Shown here: positions 16,029 to 24,700 of the stretch, in pieces | Layout of the letters: each line of letters starts with the position of its first letter | How positions within the stretch are numbered: the stretch's first letter is position 1 | Assembly (NCBI GenBank): GCA_015661205.1 | Contig: JACVXV010000012.1 | Location: 1-29,404 of the forward strand | Origin: Candidatus Brocadiaceae bacterium | Lineage (GTDB): Bacteria > Planctomycetota > Brocadiia > Brocadiales > Brocadiaceae | DNA length: 29,404 nt | Reading direction: 5' to 3' | Notes under the pieces: generated by a model | Seen by the model: the letters and a program-made list of their open reading frames with translations, nothing else | Told to the model about the DNA's origin: nothing | Database searches by the model: none | Program-made: the position numbers and the translations under genes

Positions 16029-16910
16029 ATGACAAAAAACACACAACCACTTGCAGAGGTCTTTGGGCATTTCGTTGAGGATATATCTCCTAAAGCAAAT
16101 CGATACCGATCTGGTCGATTATGCCCATTCAATAACAAGGTTCCTAACTGTACCAAAGACAAGGCAAAAAATCCACTCGGCGTATGTAGCGTGTTTCACG
16201 ATGGAGTTCCGACAATAACATGTCCTATCAGGTTTAGGGAGGATTGGCTTATTACCGATGATGCAGCCTCTTTTTTCTTTGGAGATGGCGTCGCCTGGAG
16301 TTCACTTACAGAAGTTCGTCTGAACGACGCGACCGGGAAATCGGCCGGCAACATTGACGTTGTACTTGTCGCTTACGATGACAATGGAAAGGTTTTTGAT
16401 TTTGGTGCCCTGGAAATACAAGCGGTTTACATCTCCGGGAACGTCCGCGACCCCTTTGAATATTATATGACGAACCCAAAAGCTCACGCTCAAATGGACT
16501 GGTCAGCACAGCCAAATTACCCGCGACCAGATTATCTATCTTCTTCACGAAAACGTTTAGCACCTCAACTTCTCTATAAGGGTGGAATCCTTCATTCTTG
16601 GCGCAAGAAGACAGCCGTTGCATTAAACAGGAGTTTCTTTGAGACACTTCCGCCTTTGAAAACAATCAGCAAATCGAAGGCCGATATTTCTTGGCTTATA
16701 TACGATCTTCAGTTGGTCAAAGAGGAGGGACAATCAAGGTTCACACTAACAAAGACTGACGAAGTTTTTACGGAATTTGAGCCGGCCCTTCTAGCTATAA
16801 CGACTTCCTCACCGGGAAATATAGACGATTTTATAAACTTGCTTCAAGAGAAGCTTGATGAGCAACTTGAAACGCCGCCAAACAACAAAACAATTGAAAA
16901 GCCATTCTGA
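16029..16910 (+). CDS. NotI-family type II restriction endonuclease-like protein
   Basis: The N-terminus has a Cys-rich motif (CPFNNKVPNCTKDKAKNPLGVCSV...TCPIRFRED) of the kind found in the NotI family. A core D...E-x-Q/K-like motif reads GNIDVVLV...FGALEIQAVY. It is adjacent to a methyltransferase. Confidence 0.6.
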   Translation: MTKNTQPLAEVFGHFVEDISPKANRYRSGRLCPFNNKVPNCTKDKAKNPLGVCSVFHDGVPTITCPIRFREDWLITDDAASFFFGDGVAWSSLTEVRLNDATGKSAGNIDVVLVAYDDNGKVFDFGALEIQAVYISGNVRDPFEYYMTNPKAHAQMDWSAQPNYPRPDYLSSSRKRLAPQLLYKGGILHSWRKKTAVALNRSFFETLPPLKTISKSKADISWLIYDLQLVKEEGQSRFTLTKTDEVFTEFEPALLAITTSSPGNIDDFINLLQEKLDEQLETPPNNKTIEKPF

Positions 16911-16911
16911 C

Positions 16912-17859
16912 ATGAAAATATTCAGACAACAATCATTTTTCCCGGAATTGTGCGAGGCTGAAACACGTAAGCCGGTTAATGTCGCTTCTGTGCCGCAAAG
17001 AAGCCCATTTCGGTATCCGGGAGGGAAAACATGGTTTGTTCCAACGTTTCGTGACTGGATTAGAAATCAACATCCTAAACCGGAAATCCTGATCGAGCCG
17101 TTTGCAGGGGGAGGCATTATAAGTATCACCGCCTTGTTTGAGGAATTCGTCTCACGTGTCGTTATGGTTGAGATTGACGAGGATATCGCGGCTGTGTGGC
17201 AATCGGTGGTTGATGGACATGCGGGATGGCTTGCGAAAAGAATCCTTGATTTTGATCTGACCAAGGAATCAGTTATACAGGAAATATCGAAAACAGACGT
17301 TAGCGTCAGAGAGAAGGCGTTTCAAACCATTTTAAAAAACCGCACGTTTCACGGCGGTATATTGGCTGATGGCTCAGGCTTCTTAAAACACGGGGAAAAC
17401 GGCAAAGGAATCCGTTCCCGTTGGTATCCAGCCACCATTGCTAAGCGGTTCAACAATTTGGAACTCGTTGCTGATAGGATTGTTTTCCGTCAGGAAGACG
17501 GGTTTGAAGTCATGCAGGAGTATTCTCAACGCAATGACGTAGTATTCTTTATTGACCCGCCTTATACGGCCGGCGGAAAGAAGGCAGGCAAACGTCTTTA
17601 CCGTCACTTTTGCATAGACCATGAACGTTTATTCTCCTTATGTCAATCGATAAAAGGCGATTTCTTAATGACCTACGACAATGCGGATGAGGTTAAGACA
17701 ATGGCAAGGGCGCATGGCTTTCAGATGCGGCTTATTCCTATGAAGAACACCCACCATGCGGCAATGGAGGAACTGGTTATCGGTAAAAACCTGTCATGGA
17801 TGGATCGCTATGCAGCAGTGCATGAACCGTTTGCTGAATATAAAGTTAATGGCAAGTAA
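16912..17859 (+). CDS. Dam-like (D12 class) N6-adenine DNA methyltransferase
   Basis: Has the SAM motif FRYPGGKTWFVP and the catalytic motif FFIDPPYTAGG. The ATG at 16912 lies 1 nt after the nuclease stop. The track ORF start at 16855 overlaps the upstream gene and is less likely. Confidence 0.8.
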   Translation: MKIFRQQSFFPELCEAETRKPVNVASVPQRSPFRYPGGKTWFVPTFRDWIRNQHPKPEILIEPFAGGGIISITALFEEFVSRVVMVEIDEDIAAVWQSVVDGHAGWLAKRILDFDLTKESVIQEISKTDVSVREKAFQTILKNRTFHGGILADGSGFLKHGENGKGIRSRWYPATIAKRFNNLELVADRIVFRQEDGFEVMQEYSQRNDVVFFIDPPYTAGGKKAGKRLYRHFCIDHERLFSLCQSIKGDFLMTYDNADEVKTMARAHGFQMRLIPMKNTHHAAMEELVIGKNLSWMDRYAAVHEPFAEYKVNGK

Positions 17860-17911
17860 ATCAACTAAGATATAAAACATTCTATAACAGTACGTCATTT
17901 TCGAGAGGGGT

Positions 17912-19828
17912 GTGCCTGTGAGCAACGAATTGACTTTTGAAACATTTGAAAAAGAATGGTTGTTAGATATTGTGTCTGAAAACCCGAGCACGATTGAACT
18001 AGGCAGACGGTTTTCAAAAAAACTGGTCAGCCAGTGGCTCGATTTTGCAGAGGATATCGAGTCTCCAGACGACGTTGTTTACTGTGACGGTACGGGTGAT
18101 GGGGGTATTGACATCGCGTGCTTACAGAGGGGTGATGATACCGAAGACAATTCTAACGGCGGTGACACATGGTATTTAGTTCAGAGTAAGTATGGGGCTG
18201 CTTTTGTCGGGACAAAAACTTTAATAGAAGAAGCGCAAAAGCTTATTGATACCATTGATGGGAAGAGGAATAATCTTTCATCGCTTGCAGCAAGCCTTGT
18301 TGAGAGACTTCAAACTTTTCGGAAGCAAGCATCTGAAAAAGACAAAATGGTTATCGTTTATGCTATACAAAGACCACTCTCTGAGGATGAAAGACGAGCA
18401 GTAGAAGACATTAAAGCAATGGGCAAGAATCGGCTTGGGTCTCTGTTTGATACGGATGTTGTTAGTCTCGAAACAATCTATCACAGGACGCTTGAGGAAA
18501 TCAGTCATATAAAAAAGACACAGGTCTTGATAACTGCTCACTTGGTTCCCTCTGGTGAAGAAATGCTTGTGGGTTCTGTTGGATTGCTTCAACTCTTTGA
18601 ATTTTTAAAGAATTACAAGGCAACAACTGGTGATATTGATATGCTTTATGAAAAGAATGTACGAAAGTTTCTTGGCAGTAGAAGAAAAGTAAACAAGGGA
18701 ATTGAAAATACTCTTTTGACAAAACCTGAAAGATTTGGACTCTACAATAACGGAATTACAATCGTGGTTGAGGAGTTTCAAAAGCTACCTAACAATATTG
18801 AATACGAACTGACTGAACCTTTTGTAGTCAATGGTTGTCAAACAACAAGGACGATTTGGGAAGTCTTGTATAGGAAACTTGAAGCAGGAGGCACTGGCAA
18901 AAATCCAGAACTGGAAACATGGAAAAGAAATCTTGGAAAAGGCATCGTGGTTATTAAAATAGTTAAGGTTGGAATAAGGGGCGATGAACTTCTTACTGAA
19001 ACCACAAGATATACGAACAGTCAGAATGCAGTAAGTGAAAAAGACTTCATAGCGCTTGAGAGTGATTTTCAAAAGTGGTCAAAAAACATGGCTTCCAAGT
19101 ACAATGTTTTTCTGGAAATCCAGCGAGGAGGTTGGGATTCCCAAAAAGCATACCAAAAACAAAACCCTGATACGAGGCAGTTTACTGAATGCATAAATGC
19201 CTTTGACTTGCTGAAGGTCTACGGTGCTGCGTGGTTAGGGGAGGCAGGTATTTCATTTGGGAAAAATCCACCCTTTGCCCCCGGAGGAAGCTTGTTTCAT
19301 AAAATCGTAAAGCAGGAAGACTTTGGTCTTGATGACTTATACTGTGCATTCCAATTATACAAGGCTGGAGGGCATTTCAAGTTTGGTCGTGGTGCAGAGA
19401 AACAACAACGAGGACAAACAAGGCATTTGTTTTACATGCTCACAGTTGAACTGCTTAAAGACTGCTTTATTGCGGCTGACAGGGTGGCAACAAACAAAAA
19501 TATTACCATCGCATTCTTGAATCTCTTCAAGCCCAAAAATGAGATGGCATTAAATGCATTGCTTGAATACTCAATCTCTATAGCTGACGATTATCTGACT
19601 CATGGGCACGAGTATTGTGTGTTTAAGGAACCAAAGTTTTTGGAAAAAGGCAGTGATTTAAATAGTTTTCTGAAATGGGAACAGCTTGGCAAAGGAAATG
19701 ACTCCACCCCCTTATTGAACAACCTTCTTGCACAGTATAAGATCGCCTTAAAGGGTGGCATAGGCGGTCAACCAAAATACAGAGATATGATAAGAGCCAT
19801 CATTCTCACTCCTGATACAGCGGAATAG
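17912..19828 (+). CDS. AIPR-family abortive-infection protein with an N-terminal Mrr/PD-(D/E)xK-like motif
   Basis: AIPR hallmarks are LYNNGITIVVEEF and VVNGCQTTRTIWEVL. The N-terminus, DGTGDGGIDIACL...WYLVQSKYG, resembles the Mrr-type D...Q-x-K core. It has a GTG start with GAGAGGGG upstream. Confidence 0.8.
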   Translation: MPVSNELTFETFEKEWLLDIVSENPSTIELGRRFSKKLVSQWLDFAEDIESPDDVVYCDGTGDGGIDIACLQRGDDTEDNSNGGDTWYLVQSKYGAAFVGTKTLIEEAQKLIDTIDGKRNNLSSLAASLVERLQTFRKQASEKDKMVIVYAIQRPLSEDERRAVEDIKAMGKNRLGSLFDTDVVSLETIYHRTLEEISHIKKTQVLITAHLVPSGEEMLVGSVGLLQLFEFLKNYKATTGDIDMLYEKNVRKFLGSRRKVNKGIENTLLTKPERFGLYNNGITIVVEEFQKLPNNIEYELTEPFVVNGCQTTRTIWEVLYRKLEAGGTGKNPELETWKRNLGKGIVVIKIVKVGIRGDELLTETTRYTNSQNAVSEKDFIALESDFQKWSKNMASKYNVFLEIQRGGWDSQKAYQKQNPDTRQFTECINAFDLLKVYGAAWLGEAGISFGKNPPFAPGGSLFHKIVKQEDFGLDDLYCAFQLYKAGGHFKFGRGAEKQQRGQTRHLFYMLTVELLKDCFIAADRVATNKNITIAFLNLFKPKNEMALNALLEYSISIADDYLTHGHEYCVFKEPKFLEKGSDLNSFLKWEQLGKGNDSTPLLNNLLAQYKIALKGGIGGQPKYRDMIRAIILTPDTAE

Positions 19829-19857
19829 TTAGGGCATAATAAATCGCTCAAGACGGA

Positions 19858-19878
19858 CGTGGCGATACTTCCGCCACG
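19858..19878 (+). terminator. Weak hairpin downstream of the AIPR gene
   Basis: CGTGGCG-atacttc-CGCCACG, a 7-bp stem, sits 30 nt after the stop. The following T-tract is poor (cttagtttg). Confidence 0.3.
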
Positions 19879-19920
19879 CCGCTTAGTTTGAGCGTTATAC
19901 AAACGAATTACATGGTCTTT

Positions 19921-19983
19921 TGTGGCGAAGGTGTAAAAAACACATGAAAAACAGAGTCTTTGTCACAGCCAGGTAGGTTGTGT
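19921..19983 (+). pseudogene. Relic copy of the 5' end and upstream leader of the KS-beta-like gene
   Basis: tgtggcgaaggtgtaaaaaacacATGAAAAACAGAGTCtttgTCACAGcc here matches tgtaacgaaggtataataaagaaaATGAAAAACAGAGTCgttaTCACAGgc at 20331-20394. The relic reads MKNRVFVTAR then stop. Confidence 0.6.
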
Positions 19984-20015
19984 TAAGCAAAGCGAACCCG
20001 ACAAAGGAATGGGTT

Positions 20016-20192
20016 ATGAATAAAAAGCAGAGAGAAAATACAGCGAAGCTTCTTTATGACATTGTAAGATATTCCATCGTAGGGATAATCTTCATAAACT
20101 TTGCGCCGGGCAAGAAAATCAATTTTGTTTCAATAACATTGGGGATTTCCTTTTCATTGTATTGCTTTTTTAATAGCATATTTGCTCGATAA
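20016..20192 (+). CDS. Small hypothetical membrane protein (58 aa)
   Basis: MNKKQRENTAKLLYDIVRYSIVGIIFINFAPGKKINFVSITLGISFSLYCFFNSIFAR contains two hydrophobic helices. A weak AAGGA lies upstream. No homology recognised. Confidence 0.3.
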   Translation: MNKKQRENTAKLLYDIVRYSIVGIIFINFAPGKKINFVSITLGISFSLYCFFNSIFAR

Positions 20193-20207
20193 GAAGGAGG
20201 ACTAAAA

Positions 20208-20321
20208 ATGGACAGTCTAACGTTTAGCTTTTTAATGGTAGGTGTATTTATTCTTTGTGTTGGTTTGTTTGTTTACATTGAAGATCGGATGGGAAAGAGT
20301 AAGGGCAAGCACAGCCATTAA
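20208..20321 (+). CDS. Small hypothetical membrane peptide (37 aa), not in the ORF track
   Basis: A strong AAGGAGG at 20193-20199 lies 8 nt before the ATG. The peptide MDSLTFSFLMVGVFILCVGLFVYIEDRMGKSKGKHSH has one transmembrane helix and a basic tail. Confidence 0.4.
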   Translation: MDSLTFSFLMVGVFILCVGLFVYIEDRMGKSKGKHSH

Positions 20322-20359
20322 ATTTGTGACGGTTTTGTAACGAAGGTATAATAAAGAAA

Positions 20360-21595
20360 ATGAAAAACAGAGTCGTTATCACAGGCATAGGCGTTGTATC
20401 TCCGATTGGATGCGGCAAGGAGGCGTTTTGGAACGGCCTTGTTGAGGGAAGGCAGGGCATAGCGCCGATGGCATCCCTTGACCTCTCCCCTTACCGATGC
20501 AAACTCGGCGGCGAGGTGAAAGACCTTAAACCCGAAGTATACCTCGGGAGCAAGGGACTCAAGTACCTGAACAAGGGAACCCGGTTCCTCGGCTCAGCCT
20601 CAAAGATGGCGCTGGACGACGCAAAACTGCCGCTGGACGGGTCGTTTGGCGACCGGATGGGCGTTGTCGTCGGATCGTCCCTGGGGAATTTCTCCGAGAC
20701 AACCGACTATTTTTACGAAATCATCAAAACCAGCCCATCCGAATTGTCGCCCATGATCAGCTACGACGTCGCCCTGAACTCTTCCATCAACTATGTCTCC
20801 GTCACCTTTAAAATGAAGGGAGTCGCGCGCACCATTTCATCCGGCTTTACGTCGAGCGCCGACGCCGTTGGGGACGCATTCAAGATGGTACAGCGCGGCA
20901 TGACAAAAATAATCGTCACCGGCGGAGTAGAGCAAATCTCCATAGACCTGTACCTGATATTTTACCTGCGCGGCCTGCTGTCAGGCGTAGACGGCGCAAA
21001 AGAGGCGTGCCTGCCCTTCGACAGCGCCCGAAACGGCTTTGTCATGGCCGAAGGCAGCTACATCGTCATCCTGGAAGAACTCCAGCACGCCCTCGACCGC
21101 GGCGCCCCTATTTACGCCGAGGTAAAGGGGTTCGGCAGTTCCTTCGTTGGTGGCAAGCAACACCCGCCGGAAGTGCGGGTAGCCCGCGCGGAGAAGGCCA
21201 TGCGCGCAGCCGTGGAAGACGCCGGGATAAAGAACGAAGACGTCCAGTTAATAAGCGCAAACGCAAACGGCTGCAAGCTGCAAGACGCAGTAGAAGCAAA
21301 GGCCATCCAGTCCCTCTTCGGCGCAAATGGCGGTGGCATCCCCGTCTCCGCAATCAAATCAAACCTGGGCGAGTCGTACGGCGCAGCCGGTACCGCACAA
21401 ATCATTTCCACCCTCATGTCAATCAACACCGGCCAAATACCGCACATCATCAACCACAGCACCAACGACCCTGAAATCAACCTAAACCTCATCCGCGAAA
21501 AACCCGCAAAAAAAGACGTCGGGAACGCATTGATAAACAATATGGATTATGATGGGAATAATGCTTGTTTGGTGGTGGGTAAGTTCTGTAAGTAA
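20360..21595 (+). CDS. Ketosynthase paralog lacking the catalytic triad (KS-beta / chain-length-factor-like)
   Basis: The KAS fold is clear (VVITGIGVVSPIG, VTGGVE, KSNLGESYGAAG). By hand alignment to FabF motifs, the active-site Cys is Phe (TISSGFTSSADAVG, codon 20846-20848), the first His is Asn (ISANANGCKLQD) and the second His is Glu (KSNLGESYG). Confidence 0.85.
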   Translation: MKNRVVITGIGVVSPIGCGKEAFWNGLVEGRQGIAPMASLDLSPYRCKLGGEVKDLKPEVYLGSKGLKYLNKGTRFLGSASKMALDDAKLPLDGSFGDRMGVVVGSSLGNFSETTDYFYEIIKTSPSELSPMISYDVALNSSINYVSVTFKMKGVARTISSGFTSSADAVGDAFKMVQRGMTKIIVTGGVEQISIDLYLIFYLRGLLSGVDGAKEACLPFDSARNGFVMAEGSYIVILEELQHALDRGAPIYAEVKGFGSSFVGGKQHPPEVRVARAEKAMRAAVEDAGIKNEDVQLISANANGCKLQDAVEAKAIQSLFGANGGGIPVSAIKSNLGESYGAAGTAQIISTLMSINTGQIPHIINHSTNDPEINLNLIREKPAKKDVGNALINNMDYDGNNACLVVGKFCK

Positions 21596-21700
21596 TGTGA
21601 TGCTTCGTGAACTTTGCCGGGTTGGGTAATGGTACTCGACTGATTATTAAATGGCACAAGCGAATAGTTTTTATCATTTACGACGAGTTAAAGAAAATTT

Positions 21701-24700
21701 ATGAATTCAGACCTGACCTTTATCACCAACGAAGAAAATAGAAGCCTGTTAGAAAGATTTAGGATACTTATTAAAGATACCCGACTCTTTGATGTGCTTG
21801 TTGGTTATTTCTACACAAGCGGGTTTCACGCACTTTATAAATCACTCGAAAACACTGAAAAAATCAGAATTTTGGTTGGTATAAATACTAATAAACAAAC
21901 TGTTGAACTCATTCAAAAAGCAAAAGTTGAACAACCAACCCTTCAGTATTCGCATGCAGAAGTAAAGGAACAGCTAGAGGTTTCTGTTACAAAAGAAATT
22001 GAAGACTCAGAGGATAGCCCTGCCGTTGAAGAAGGCATCCTAAAGTTTATTGAATGGCTAAAAAGCGGAAAATTAGAAATCAGGGCATACCCAACTGAAA
22101 ACATTCACGCAAAGGTTTACATTATGACCTTTGTTGAAGGTGACAGGGATATAGGGAGAGTCATTACAGGGTCAAGCAACTTCACTCAATCAGGCCTCAT
22201 TGACAACTTTGAGTTTAATGTCGAATTAAAAAACAGGGCAGATTACGAATTTGCATTGCAAAAATTCAACGAACTATGGAAAGACGCTGTTGATGTAAAG
22301 GAACGATATATTGATACAATTCAAATAAAAACCTGGCTGAACAATACCATTACCCCTTACGAATTGTACCTCAAATTTTTATATGAGTATTTCAAAGAGG
22401 AACTCAATCAGGCAGATGAAGTATTTTTGAACTATCTTCCTCAAGAATTCAAAAAACTGGCATATCAGGAGCAGGCCGTTTTAAATGCTAAAAAGATACT
22501 TCTGGAATACGGCGGTGTTTTTATCTCTGATGTTGTAGGGTTAGGCAAGACATACATATCTGCAATGCTGGCAGGGCAGCTTGACGGCAGAACACTTGTT
22601 ATTGCCCCACCTGTATTGCTTGAAAGATCAAACCCCGGCTCCTGGACTAATGTGTTTTCCGATTTCAAGGTACCAGCCGACTTTGAATCGCTCGGCAAAT
22701 TGGATGACCTTATTAACAGAGGGACAGAGAAATACACCAATATTATTGTTGATGAGGCACACCGTTTTAGAACGGAAACAACGATTACCTATGAGAAATT
22801 GGCGGAAATCTGCCGTGGCAAAAGGGTTGTTCTTGTAACGGCGACTCCCTATAACAATGCGCCAAAAGACATCCTAAGCCTTTTAAAGCTATTCCAGAAA
22901 GCCAGAAAAAGCACTATACCAAATCTGCCTGATATGGAAGGCTTTTTCAATAACCTGGATAAAAAATTGAAAAAACTGGACAGGCAGAAAGATTATGTCA
23001 AATACATAAGTACTGTGAAAGAAAATGCGCTGGAACTTCGTGAAAAAGTCCTCAAATATTTAATGGTTCGCCGTACCCGAACGGAAATCGAAAAATATTT
23101 TGGTGAAGACATAAAGAGCCAAAACCTCAAATTCCCTGATGTTGAAAAACCAGTCCCCCTTTTTTATGAACTCAATGATACGGAGGATGAAGTCTTCAAC
23201 AAAACCATTGAATTGATAGCGCAAAAATTCAAATACGCCCGTTATATGCCCATGATTTATTATGAAGGTAAAGTTGATCAGCTTGAAAAGCAGTCCCAGC
23301 GAAACATGGGCAAATTTATGAAAATCCTGCTGGTAAAGCGTCTTGAAAGCAGTTTTTTTGCATTTAAAAATTCGGTGGATAGATTCCTGCGTTCTTACGA
23401 GATGTTTATAAAAGAGCTTGATAACGGAAATGTTTATGTGAGTAAAAAGCATTCTCATAAAATATTTGAACTGTTGGAGAGTGATGACGATGAAGCCGTC
23501 CAGCGATTGATAGATGAGGGCAAGGCTGAAAGATATGTAAGCACTGAATTTAGAGAAGCCTTAAGAAATGATTTACAGCACGACCATGACATTCTCCTAG
23601 AGATTAAAAAACTGTGGCATCATATTGACCGCGACCCGAAGCTTTTAAAATTTTTGGCGGAATTGTCTAAAAACCCGGTTTTAAAAGCAAATCATCTGAT
23701 TATCTTTACAGAATCAAAGGAAACCGCAAACTATCTGTTCAAAAACATCAGTCAACACTACCCGGGTAAAGTACTCTGTTTTACAGGGGATTCAGGCGAG
23801 GCAACGCGCGATATGGTAATTGAGAATTTTGACGCCAGATCACGTCATCCTAAAGAAGATTATCGTATACTGGTCACTACTGAAGTATTGGCTGAAGGTG
23901 TTAACCTGCACCGCTCTAATACGGTGATAAATTACGATATCCCCTGGAATCCTACGCGCATGATGCAGCGGGTAGGGCGTGTCAACCGTGTTGATACATC
24001 ATTTGAAACGATACATACCTTTAATTTCTTCCCGACCAAACAATCAAATGACCAGATAAAACTGAAAGAAGCAGCAGAGGCTAAAATCAATGCCTTTTTA
24101 ACCCTGCTTGGAGGTGACGCAGAACTTTTGACTGAGGGTGAACCCATTGGCTCGCATGAACTATTTAATCGGCTGATTTCCAAACAGACGCTGGAAGGCG
24201 AGGAGAGTGCAGTGGAAAGCGAATTGAAATATCTCCATATTATTAAAGAGATTCGCGATAAGTCCCCCGATCTTTTTGAAACGATAAAACGTCTCCCCAA
24301 AAAGGCGCGCACTGCAAAAACCCTGACAGGGTTCTCAACCCTGTCAGGGTTGATTACCTACTTCAGACGGGGAAAATTGCAGAAATTTTTTGAAACAAAA
24401 CATGAAGGTGGGGCTGAAGAAATGGATTTTCTGACTGCGGCTAAACTGCTGGAGAGTACTCCTGATACGATGAAGGAAAAACTCCCCGAACAGTTTTACG
24501 ACCTCCTGGATAAAAATAAAGAGGCATTTGTTTTAGCGACAACAGAAGAAATGCCTCAGCAAAGTTACAGAGGTGGACGTGACAGCTCTGCAAATATCCT
24601 TAAAATATTGAAGGCCACCATAAGAAACACCCAAAAACTGACAGAAGACCAGGAACTATACCTAAAAAAAGTTCTCATCCAGCTTGAAGAAGGCGGACTG

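Noticed and set aside
16855-16911. The upstream start at 16855 for the Dam-like MTase
   Set aside because: It overlaps the 3' end of the nuclease gene by 56 nt and adds a basic, non-conserved peptide. The ATG at 16912, directly after the nuclease stop, is preferred.
21007-21540. ORFs 21007-21474 (+, extremely Arg-rich), 21108-21353 (-) and 21112-21540 (-)
   Set aside because: They are off-frame or antisense shadows of the KS-beta-like gene. Their composition is implausible for a real protein.
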